A stretch of DNA of 64,000 nt, from positions 1 to 64,000 of the forward strand of contig JALJEE010001557.1 of assembly GCA_023231475.1 (NCBI GenBank), written 5' to 3'. Shown here piece after piece: positions 53,030-64,000 of the stretch. The stretch's first letter is position 1; every line of letters starts with the position of its first letter. This stretch comes from Seison nebaliae (taxonomy: Eukaryota). The notes under the pieces are model-generated. The model saw only the letters and a list, made by a program, of their open reading frames with translations, was not told where the DNA came from and did no database searches. The position numbers and the translations under genes are program-made.

Positions 53030-56000
53030 ATGGCGGATGAGGTGGATAGCGACGACTATTGTTTCTGTGGGAAAATTATCGGAGGAGAGATGATGTTAGT
53101 TGATTGAATTCGAATGATTTAATAAATTTCTCTGTTGTAGTCAATGTGATGGTTGTGAGGTGTGGTTCCATCTCGAATGTTTGAAGATGGATGAATGGTT
53201 GTCCAAATCGATTCATCATTATTTCTGTTTTTTGTGTCACCATCGGAAGAAGTTGAATGTGACATATTATGACAAGAAAATCTGGTCGAATAAACGATTT
53301 GAAATCTTGACAGAAGTTCCTTTCATTTTTAAGATATTTTAATTTTTCAATATTTTAAAATATTCTCATTTTTAATAGAAAAGCAAAAAACAAGAAACTA
53401 AATTACTCTCCTTCCTCACTGATGACATCAAAACTTGCGATGACTTCCGATTGATGTGGACGAAATTGCCAAAATATCGACGTTCTAGTGGTCGACGTCG
53501 ATCGAAAACATCGACCGATCAATCGATTTCTGATAAGGCCAAGAAAAAAATTCGATTGACAGATGATTATGAAACAAATAATGACGATGAAGAGGAAGTA
53601 GAAGTGAAAGATGAGAATAAAATGGAAATTGATGAAATGATTGAGGAGAATTCAGAAGTTAAAGAAAGTCAATCGAATCATGATAGTTTAATGAGTGACG
53701 AAAGTGTTGATGATAATGAAGATAATGAAGAGGAAACTGAAGAATCTACCGATGATGATGTAGAAGAAACAGAAGAAGAAACAGAGGAAGAAAGTGAAGA
53801 AATAGAAGAGAAAAAAGTAGAATGTGAAGAAGAAATTGATGAAAATGAATTATCATCAATTTTCTATGAAGATTTCATTGACTTAGCAAATTCGGATGAT
53901 GAAACAAAAATGTTGTTTAATCAAATCATTGAATTAGGAACGATGGAATACGCACTTCAATATTTAATGAAAATCAACCAATTTAACGATTTCCAATTCT
54001 TCCATTCAATTCCATCATCATGTTCTTGTTATGATGATCATCTGCCATCAATTCGATTGACATGTCCATTCTGTTCACATGTTACATTGGAAGACAATTC
54101 TTTATTTACACATATCGCTCAAGAACATTTTCTCATTCAACATTTCCCTCATGACAAATGGGATAATAAACATCAAAAGTTTCTTTTTGAACAGATCTCA
54201 AATCAATTCGATTCGATGAATTGGAATGATATTTATTTAATTTCGTTTGGAGAACATGTTGCTGAGCAAACCGTCTTCCATATCGATCGGATGTTAAATG
54301 AAATATATCCATTGAAAGAATTATATTTCTCCAAATTCAAATTGTCTAATGAATGTGTTCAAGAAGATGAAGAAGAGAAAGAGATTGAGAAGATACCAAT
54401 TATCGAAATTGAAAATTTTGTGAAAAATTTACTGGACGATATTGAAAAGAATGAACAAGAGGAAAAAGAGAGAGAATTGAAAGAAGAGGAAGAGAAGAAA
54501 TTGAGATTAATAAAAGAAGAAGAAAGACGATCGGATGAATTGAAAATGATAAAAGAAAAAATATTGAAAGAATTGAAATTGGAGAAATTGAAAGTTAAAG
54601 AAGAGAATGAGACGAAAAATATTCAAGAAGCGAAAATTCCTGAAGAAAATTCTGAAATAAAATTAAAAGAATCGAAAATTGTTGAAAAGAATGACGAAAC
54701 GGAACTAAAAGAATCGAAAATTCCTCAAGAAAATGATGAAACGAAAAAGAAAAAATCGAAAAAACTTCAAGAAAATTCTGAAACGAAAGCAAAAGAATCG
54801 AAAAAACTTCAAGAAAATTTTGAAATTAAATTGGAAGAATCGAAAGTTGTGGAAAAGGATTATGAAAAGAAAACGAAAGTTGTGGAACAATCGACATTGA
54901 AAAATTTGAGAGATTTCCGAATTAAACGAGATGAAGATGAGAATGAAATGAAAAAATTGGAGATATATCAAGAAAGAAGGGAATCGAATGAACATTCCAT
55001 TCCACCTGAACAGACAATTAAAGATTTATTGGAGAAGAAATCGAATGATGAGAGTAAATCTATTTTAGTTCCATCCACCGTCTCCACTGATAACACATCC
55101 GTCATCTTTCCATCTACATCGTCTGGTACTTTAATGAATTGTTTCCAAAACAAAGAAAATAAAGGAGTCGTTCCTCTTATCTCACCAAACAGTTACAAAT
55201 TATATAGTCATCAATCTCCTATGAATGATGCCAGACAGAAATTTTATAAGAAAATCATAGGTAACGAATTAAATGAATCAGAAGAGAGAATGGAATCGAA
55301 GATTCGAATACCAAAAAATCCTTTACTTAATTTCCGTCCAAATCGCTCAGCGAATCGAATTGAAAAAAAACCTTCGATTAAGACTTCACCTGTTGACGAC
55401 AAATGTAAAGTCAGTACAACCAGTGACGGATGTTCAGAAGTGATGACATGTTCCGTCGACGACGTTGTGAAAGCGGAACCATATTTTAAAATAAGGAAAC
55501 GACAATGGCCAATAAGAAGATTGATTTCTGAATTAGATCGATTTTGTGAGAAAGAAACAGAACCAACAAATTTCTTCAATTCCGCATCATATGCCGCAGT
55601 CAAATATTACATGACTAAATTTGGAGAAGAAAAATTACATCGAGAAGATTATTCGTTATCAAATCAAATATTTTTAAATAAAGAAGAGAAAGATTTAGAA
55701 GTAGAAATCTCGAAAGAAGATATTATTCGACCGACATCACTTCTCCATCAAATCCGTCGACATCACAACGACGAAATCATTTTGAATGGAAAATATAAGA
55801 ATCACACGAAACCGTTTCGTTCAGTTGTTAATAAAGAATTTAAACGATCAAACAAATCAAATAAAACTCAAAATTCAAATTCGATCAATTCGAATAAACG
55901 AACAATAATTCCTCAAATTACCGACGAGTATTGTAGCGAGTACACCAGCTCATCAGAACTAACGAAAAGTCTGTTAAATAAATCCACCATCTCAACCATC

Positions 56001-56348
56001 CCTCAATTGGATGGTATGGATTTGAGTGAGGAACGAGTTACTCTTGTCCAAGTACCGATGAATAATTTATTTTCATATTCTGTCGAAATACTGACGAATT
56101 GTCTTAAATCGAGAGAGTTCATTGATGAATTGTCCGAATTGGAAAAGAAACGAAAGAAACTTTTCCGAACGAACTTCGTTCGTTTAATCTCTTCTGTCTA
56201 TTGTTCATCACTTTTCAAGCGACTTGCACTGTTCTTCAATTCACAACAACGTCAGATGAATCACCGAGATTTCTATTTAAATCTCTTTATCTTAAACAAA
56301 ATGAAAATGAGATTAGTGCACAATTATCTTGAGGTTTTGGAGAGATGA
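53030..56348 (+). CDS. PHD-finger protein with acidic region, C2H2-like zinc finger and 14-aa repeats, 3 exons
   Basis: Spliced N-terminus YCFCGK...MIQCDGCEVWFHLECL...YFCFLC is a C4HC3 PHD finger. CPFC-x12-H-x4-H lies further downstream. It joins in frame to the 965-aa ORF. Confidence 0.8.
54617..54860 (+). repeat. Coding 42-bp (14-aa) tandem repeat, KESK(I/K)xxE(N/K)xExK-like, about 6 units
   Basis: QEAKIPEENSEIKL / KESKIVEKNDETEL / KESKIPQENDETKK / KKSKKLQENSETKA / KESKKLQENFEIKL / EESKVVEK. Confidence 0.8.
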
Positions 56349-56777
56349 TATGAAAGATTTCTTTTATTTGTTGGAAAGATATTTTCTTATTCATTTGTAT
56401 TATATGAAAAAATTTTCTGGGAAAACTCATTCTTTTGTTTCATAAATTTCCTTCATTTCTTTTACTTCATTTTTTCGCAACAGATTTTTTTTTACGTTAA
56501 CCCATCTATTTTCAATATTTACTACTCCTAAATTTTATTTTCATATCAGAAATTATTATAAACAACTTCATATGTCCATCTTTATAAGTTAGAAAATAAT
56601 CGTTATTTTTCAACATTTTTCGAATTAAAAGAAAATTTCCATTTTTCAATCTTTTCTTAAACTTTTCGATAGATAAAATTAAACTTTTTAGGAGACTATT
56701 AAATCAGCTTCATTTTGAAAAATTATATCGTTTCAATCAGTTGCAATTCTACTAAATATTTGTTATCAATTTTTTCT

Positions 56778-56792
56778 GTTGCTCTCGACAAC
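56778..56792. promoter_or_regulatory. X-box-like motif GTTGCTCTCGACAAC upstream of the NME8-like gene
   Basis: Imperfect RFX palindrome about 110 bp before the ATG of a dynein-associated gene. Confidence 0.45.
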
Positions 56793-56899
56793 GAGAAGAT
56801 TTTGTTTAGGAATCTATTATTCTTTTGTTTTTCCATTTTTGTTAGTGTTTATTTTTGTGATTAGGTTTTATTTATTTATTTCTGTTTCCGTTCCTGATA

Positions 56900-59800
56900 A
56901 TGGCACGTCGAAAGCATGATACGTCACTTAATGTTTATCATTTTCATGAACAGTCGTTCTTAATATCCATAAATATTTCAGCAACTTATTTCTACGCAAG
57001 AAGAATGGGAAGAAATGTTAGAGAAAGATGGACTTTGCAGTTAGTTCTCCTTTTAGCCAAATTCTTTAGAGAGATTATTAAAAAAAGTCTTGGAAAATTA
57101 TTCTACGTTATAAAAATTTTAATTTTAATTGGAAGATGACTGATAGAAAATATTTTCTTTATTATAGTTATATAACATTATGGTTAGAGTAGTTATGAAA
57201 TGAATGAGATTTCGAGATTTTATGAGAAAAAATGAATTTTCGATGAATGAAAAATTGAGAAAGAGATAAATTAAATATTATTAAATAGTTATAGATGTTT
57301 TCGGTGAATTTGCTGGACGATGTTCGGCAATGGACAATATATTCAGTAGGTTCCTTCATACCGAAGCACCAGAGCCCGATCAAATATTCTTCTTTGCGGT
57401 GAATAATTTTGAAAAATTATTAATTTACTTTCTGTTCCTTCAGTTGTTGATGTGTTTCAATTATGGACTGGTCCTTGTCGAGCGATGGACAATGATTTCC
57501 GTACAATTCGCAATTTATTTGACTCATCAATTTTATCATTTTATTCTGTTCGTTTTCTTTCTCCCTTTTACTTTCTTTAATTATTATAAACTTCCTCTAA
57601 TCATCTCCTAATTAATGTGATAGGCATGTGCTGATAAAATAGACTCGCTAGACAAATATCGTGGAAAATGTGAACCTTGTTTTTTATTCTATTCGGTTCG
57701 TTTCTATTATCCTTGAACTTCATTTATCGAGATTTTAGGGAGGAGCATTAGTTGCAGCAGTAAGAGGAGCGAATGCGCCTGATCTTACCGAGACGATGAA
57801 ACAGATGGCTAACAAAGAAATATTGATACAAAAAGGAGAAGCAACGAGAGTTGAAATCAAAGATCCGGCTATCGCTCTAATCGAAAGAGAGGAGCAAATT
57901 CAAATGGAGAAACAACGAGTGATCGATAGTGAAGGTTAATTTTTACCCAACATTTTTTTAGGAAAATATCTTTTGGTTCAATTAGATATTATCTTCTATG
58001 GAATGAATTCACTTTATGGACATCAATTTCTTCTGCCATGTAATTTGATAACTTTTAATTTTCCTGTGACAAATCCTTTCTGTTCCCAAAACTACTTGTG
58101 GAATGTCTCCCTATTTTCTATTGAAAAATTTGTTCTTGAAACATTTCCAAATTGTCTAATTTCTCTATTTTCTAGCAATGGTGAGAAATTTTATTACAAC
58201 TGCTCTCATTAAGCCGGATATCGTGGCTGACGGAAAAGTCGATCTAATGTTGGAAGAGATAGAAAACGCAAATTTTGTAGTTGTATCTCAAGTGACGAAA
58301 ACGTTTACAGAAGATGAAGCTAAAGAGTTTTATAAACATCATCGTGAAGAAGTTGTGGTTTTTTTCGAAAAACAAAATAATAATAAAATCTTGTCAGTTA
58401 TTCTTTTATGAATTGGTGGATTTCATTATAAGTGGAGAATGTATCGCCGTGGCCATAACATTAAAATCATTATATAATATCAAGACGTTGGATGACGTAG
58501 TTAATCGATGGAGATCAGTTATCGGTCCATGGAATATGGGACAAGGAACTCAAGGTGAGAATGATGGAACTTTAAGGAAGAAATATGCTTCAGATGAAAT
58601 TAAAAATGCCATTCATGGTCCTGATAAGGCAGCTCAAGCGAAAAAAGAATTGGCCTTATTCTTCCCCAATCTCATCATTCCTCCGGAAATTATCAAAAAA
58701 ATCGTTGACCAAACTGATAAAGATAAGGCGGATGTGATTGATAAGAAGAGTTCAGTTCAACGTGAACGGACAATTGCAATTATTCGCCCGAAAGCAAATG
58801 CTTCATTGAAAGGTTTATATTCATTTTCTTCGATTAATCCTAATACAAATTTAAATGATTAGTTGAGATATTAGATGCGATCAAAGAAAAAGGATTCAAA
58901 ATTGCCATGAACAAGGAAGTGACATTGGAAGTAGAAGATGCTCAAAAAATTTATGAAAAATTCCAGGAAGAACCATTTTATGAAGGACTCATTAATGAAA
59001 TGACAAAGTTGCATTTTTAAATTATGAAAACATTTATCGTATTTACATCGATTTAGTGGTCCGTTAATGGTTCTGTGTTTAGTCAGTGAGAATGCGATAG
59101 AGAAATGGAGAGGTTATTTGGGACCAAAAGAAAAGAAAGATTTCCCCGCATTTATTGACAGTTTCCGTGCTAGATTCGATATTGTCGATTCGCCAATCAA
59201 CACTTTGCATGGTGCGTCTACTCGAGCTGAAGCGAACGCTGAATTGGCATATTACTTCAAATTGGAGCAGACGGTGGCAATTATTCAAAATGATCCAAAA
59301 GTCAACCGAGGTTCATTTTCGTCGTTTGAGAAAAGAAACATAAAAAATTTTTAAAAACTTAGATCGAATTATTTATCAAATGGAAGATTCGGGATTTATC
59401 ATCAGTTCGGAAATACGAATGAATTTCACCGAAGAACAAATAAGGGAACTTTATGCAGAAAAAGTGGATGAAGAGTGGTTCCCCAAATTCGCTCGATATA
59501 TGACAGAGTTAATAATTTTGATAATTCAACTTTTTTAAATTGTGGGTTTTTCTAGTGGGGAAAGTGATATTTTATTATTGACAGGGGAAGACGCTATCGA
59601 GAAATGGAATACAATGATGGGACCGTATGACCCGGAAGAAGCTAAAGAGACAGCTCCCGACTCGTTTCCTCAATTTTGACTTTCCTTAATTCTACATTTC
59701 CTTTTATAGTTTACGTGCTATGTATGGTAGTAAATTGCCTCAAAATGCAGTACATGGTCCATCCAATACGGAAGAATTTGAAAGATTTATGAAACTTTTG

Positions 59801-60096
59801 TTTCCAGATTGTGAGAAGGATGAAAAAGGAATATATACTGGTCCTAATATTGATGATCTTGGTTTTTTTGGATTGTTAAATTATTTTTTTGAAATTCTCT
59901 TTTTCAGGCGTTGAAAGAAAATCTATTGATTCAAACGGTTAACTTTTGCTTTTTAGTAAAATCACTAGAATATAATTGAACAATAATGGATGAGGGGAAA
60001 ATAATTTTAACTACTACTTTTTTAGGTTTCTTTTACTGGGCATTAGAGGCTAAATCTAAAATGAGACGAGGTCGCGCTACTAGTATTAGCTCATGA
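56900..60096 (+). CDS. NME8: Thioredoxin plus three NDP-kinase domains (NME8/TXNDC3-like outer-arm dynein chain), with duplicated alternative thioredoxin exons
   Basis: MARRK start; thioredoxin DKIDSLDKYRGKCEPCFLFY..G.LVA.VRGANAP; NDK domains ALIKPD...NAIHGPD, ERTIAIIRP...NTLHGAS, EQTVAII...NAVHGPS. The last exon is less certain. Confidence 0.88.
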
Positions 60097-60771
60097 AATA
60101 AGAAATATAAATGAAATTAATAATGTTTTAGTCTTTCTTCAAATTAAAAGTAGAAAAATTAGGAAACTAGTAGAATGTGTAGACTTTAATTTTTCTTATC
60201 TTTTATTTATTTTTCAGAATAAACCACTCGACTTCTTAAATACGTCGTATACGAACATTAATTTCCCCAATAATTTATTTATTTATGAAGACGCGATTAC
60301 AATGCACGCGATTGTATTTGCAAACACTTTAATTTTTACTATTACATTTTAACATTTTATTAATGGAATATTATAGTTTTAATAAATTTTCATTCTATTC
60401 AAACTTGATATATTTCATCTTTCTTTCAATCTATCTGTAAATTCTTTTCTGAAAATTATCACCTTCTTGTTTATTTTTACATATATATCTATTATAAATA
60501 ATCTTATTTCAAATCATCTAATGATACTCTTTCTGGTTTTAATAAGCATTATTAGATGGGAGTATTAAATAAAATAAATAAAACAAAATGAATAATAATC
60601 CTGTTGGAATAGGATTATTTATAATTATCATAATGGAATATCTTATGTTTATTGCAATAACTTTAAATGAGATAAAATAGAAAATGAAGAAATTTTCGTA
60701 TTAATTTCTTCATTAAAAGAAACGATTAAAATTTATAAAATTTCCGCTCAAACATTATAAAAAAAAAGAAA

Positions 60772-61062
60772 ATGAGTTTAACTTCAAAAATCGTCTTAGG
60801 GTGCTCGTTAAGTGGTTGTGCTGGTGTGATCTGGTATGTGAATCATCTGAAAGACAAAGAACAAGAAGTTGAGAATTTCTTTAAAAATTTAATTTCTATC
60901 TCTAACATGTAGAGGATGTCAAAGAATGTATTGAAAGATTTGTTTGAAGCGAATGAGAATGCTAAATCAAATCCACCTGAAAATGTGTTGACAGTTCAAG
61001 AGAATAAAGAGTTATATGACGAACAATTACGAATCATAAATAAATTGAAAGCAAAACAATAA
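60772..61062 (+). CDS. PET117: Cytochrome c oxidase assembly factor PET117-like, 2 exons (absent from the ORF track)
   Basis: MSLTSKIVLGCSLSGCAGVIWYVNHLKDKEQE/RMSKNVLKD...ENKELYDEQLRIINKL follows the PET117 pattern (MS..SK.VLG.S...VH...RL..GV.RD...EN.....EQ..L...L). Confidence 0.75.
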
Positions 61063-61257
61063 AAAAAACTTTTGAAAGAGATATCAAGGATCTTTCCCTT
61101 TTCCCCAAATTGACGTCATGTCCACTCCTAATTTATTTTCTGACGTTAACATCGTAAAAATGAGAAATAAAACATTATTTGAAATTAAAATTTTTTAATA
61201 ATACATAATAATTATTATAATTTAATATATTTCTTTCAGATATCTCCATTCCATTCA

Positions 61258-64000
61258 ATGTCTCTAGAATTTGTACAATTTCGTGGATTAATTCGAAGAA
61301 ATTTCACAATAATCCGTAGACATTTCACATTTCTTTTAACAGTTCATTTTCTTTCTCATTCATCTACAAATCTATCACATTCTAGTGTATAATTATACCG
61401 ATAATATTTTGTTTAATTGTAATTGGAAGTGAAAGTTTAAAAGAAGATTCACTTCCATCAATTGGAACGATTTTGAGAGAGTCACCAGAATTCACTCAAT
61501 CGATCCATTCAGAAGAGAACAAATTCTATCAACATTATTTCTCGAGAAAGATTCCATTCAAAAAACCGAATTCAAAACATGAAATTCTCATATTTGAAGA
61601 GAAGAAAAATTCGAGTGAGAAATTTCAAGAAATTTTGAATGATAATCAAATTCGATTTTCGTTCGTTAATAATTCAAGTGAAATCGAAACGAAATTGGCA
61701 TTGAATTGGAAGACGATAATTTTTGGAGTGAAATTCAAGAATACCATTTCAATTCATTTTCAATATAATAATAAGAAGAGTTCGAAATCGTTTTCTGATA
61801 TAACGGAAATCGATGAAGGAATTCAGGAATTTCGCGATTTTATCATCTCTGGAAATAATGACCGTTCATGTATTTATGCTTATGGTCTCTCCAATGATGA
61901 TCATGAATGTTATGTGAAATTGAGGAATGATAAAGGAATTTATTATTCGTTTCTTCTTCTTCTTAAATCAATGGGAATTGAAGAATTCGATCAATTCAAT
62001 TGGTCTTTCCAACTCCATTACACTAATGAGACTATCGAATCATTTAAAGATGAGAAAACGAGTTCGATTTCACAAATCAATTCCATCTCGTTAATTCTTC
62101 TACCGTTATTGGTGAGTGGAATTATCACTCCCATTCTTATGGTAATGATCGAAGAGAAGGAGACACAAGTGAGACATGTCATGATCATTATTGGCATGAA
62201 AATTTATATTTGGTGGTACAGATTTTTTCTTCTTCATTTTTTCCTTTTCTAAATTTCAGAATTTTTTTAGGATTGCATGGTTTTCTCTTATTATTCTTGT
62301 GAGCATTATTCAAAGTATTTTTTTTATAATTTTAACAATCATATTCGACATCTTCTCGGACGGATCGAATAGATTCGAATTGGCAATCGTCATCTTTTTA
62401 TACGCATGTTCATTCACTACTTTCTCTTTCGTTTTTTACTTATTCTTCGATCGTCCGAAAACTTATATGAATTTCTTGACGATTTCTGATATGATTCTCA
62501 ATTTCCTTTTCGTCATTCCAATGGTCATGATAGGAGTGGATGTTCATGTACCGAAAGTGATGTCTATTCTTTTCTGTTTCAATCCGTCTTTCCCCTTCCA
62601 AATCTATTTGACAAAAGTTATCTCAATTTTCAACAATTACAAAATCATTTAAACCTATTCATTTCTAGTTAGATAATGAGAATGAGAAATATTCAGAATT
62701 CCTTCAGAACGAATTAGATAATCGTCAAGATATTGGCAATCTATTGACCAGTACAGAAATCATAATTTATCAATTTGTCATTACCATATTATATTTGATT
62801 ATAACGATAATATCCGATCATTTCATTAATAGTTCCCTCCATTTTCTCATGTTCAAATGAAATATTTTTTTAGAGAAATATGCAGCAGATGATTTGGAGA
62901 ATGGGAATGTATTGATGGAAGTGAAGAATTTAAAAAAGATTTATCATAAAAAACGATTAATTCCTAAGAAATATTATCAGTCTGATGATTTGGTGGCTGT
63001 GAACGATCTCTCATTTAAGATCGAACGTGGAGAATTGTTAGCATTGATCGGTCATAATGGTGCGGGAAAAACGTCATTAATTAAATGTCTCATTGGAATG
63101 GAGAAATGGAATGATGGAAGTATCTCGATGAATGAGAAGAATTCCATCGGAATTTGTCCTCAAGAAAATACGATTATTAAACAATTAACATGTTATGAGA
63201 ATATTTTAGCATTCTCTTCAATCAACGGACAATATCAATGTGATAAGATTAATAGTGTTCTCTCACAATTAGGTCTATTATCTATGAGGAATAAGAAATC
63301 TGGTGGATTGAGTGGAGGACAAAAGAGGAAATTATCGTTGGCGATGGCTGTAATTAGTCAACCACAAATCCTCATTCTAGACGAACCAACAACTGGTATG
63401 GATCCTCAAAGTCGTCATAATGTCTGGAAATTTTTAAAAAATTATAAAATGTATGGTTTGGATGATGGTTTGAATGGAACTTTGGCACCATGTATCATTC
63501 TCTCCACTCACTACATGGACGAGGCGGATATCGTTGGTGACAATAAACTGATGATGGCACACGGTCAATTACGATGTTATGGCACTTCACTCGATCTTAA
63601 AATGGAATTCGGTTCTGGGAAATATTTGACAATAACAAAAAAAACGGGGAAAACATCAAAGGAGAATAATTTAATTATTAACCAAATTCTCCAAACGAAA
63701 GACATCAAATTAGAAGAGGAGACGAATGAATTATTGAAATTTTTCATCTCAAGTAAACTTCCTTCCATCACTTTTTTGGAAACCATCAAAAAAGTTCAAG
63801 AAATGCAGGATTTGAAACGGATTTATCGTTTCATAATCAATTCCATTACTTTGGAACATTTATTCCTCAAATTGAACAAAGAAGAAAATGAGAGTGTGGA
63901 ATCATTAAATGGAACGATTAGTAATCAATCGGTTGAATTGCAAGAAATGGATCGTATTCATCGAGATTCCGATAATATTATCAGAAATGATGGAAATGAC
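61258..64000 (+). CDS. Second, divergent ABCA-family transporter; 5' part only, truncated by the window end
   Basis: QFRGLIRRNF N-terminus, EEKET motif, and NBD1 GHNGAGKT, LSGGQKRKL, ILDEPTTGMDP, STHYMDEAD, ITLEHLF. Confidence 0.88.

Noticed and set aside
60215..60222. Strong acceptor ttttcag|aataa as an alternative last exon for NME8
   Set aside because: Frame-compatible, but it adds only one codon and cannot be supported without transcripts.
1203..64000. Fragmented ORFs as pseudogenes, frameshifts or an alternative genetic code
   Set aside because: Every break I traced is explained by a short GT..AG intron that restores frame and homology under the standard code.
1..64000. snRNA, tRNA or rRNA genes, especially a variant U1
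   Set aside because: No ATACTTACCTG or ATACTAACCTG-like start and no tRNA/rRNA structure recognised by eye. A covariance-model search is needed.

Overview
AT-rich, very compact genomic DNA from an animal, not a prokaryote. A buccalin-like neuropeptide and ciliary dynein genes point to a ciliated spiralian invertebrate (inference). About 20 genes are present, most split by tiny introns (typically 40-60 bp): ATP synthase delta, HADHB thiolase, a giant Musashi-like RRM protein, a PWWP protein, MCU, a coiled-coil protein, a secreted protein, fructosamine-3-kinase, an intronless bacterial-type aminotransferase, PIH1D2, DOHH, NOP53, two ABCA transporters, a Slo/BK channel, a neuropeptide precursor, a PHD-finger protein, an NME8-like thioredoxin-NDK protein and PET117. 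The strongest unexplained signal is the splice code. Of roughly 86 introns I traced by hand using frame and homology, about 83 start with GTT rather than the animal-typical GTA/GTG, and positions +4 to +6 are largely free. Two of the three exceptions (GTGAGT, GTGAAT) sit at apparent alternative-splicing events: a Slo cassette exon and a pair of mutually exclusive thioredoxin active-site exons. Other highlights are a BK channel whose calcium bowl has lost its aspartates, several RFX X-boxes, and a transposon-like relic. All gene models are manual and lack transcript support.
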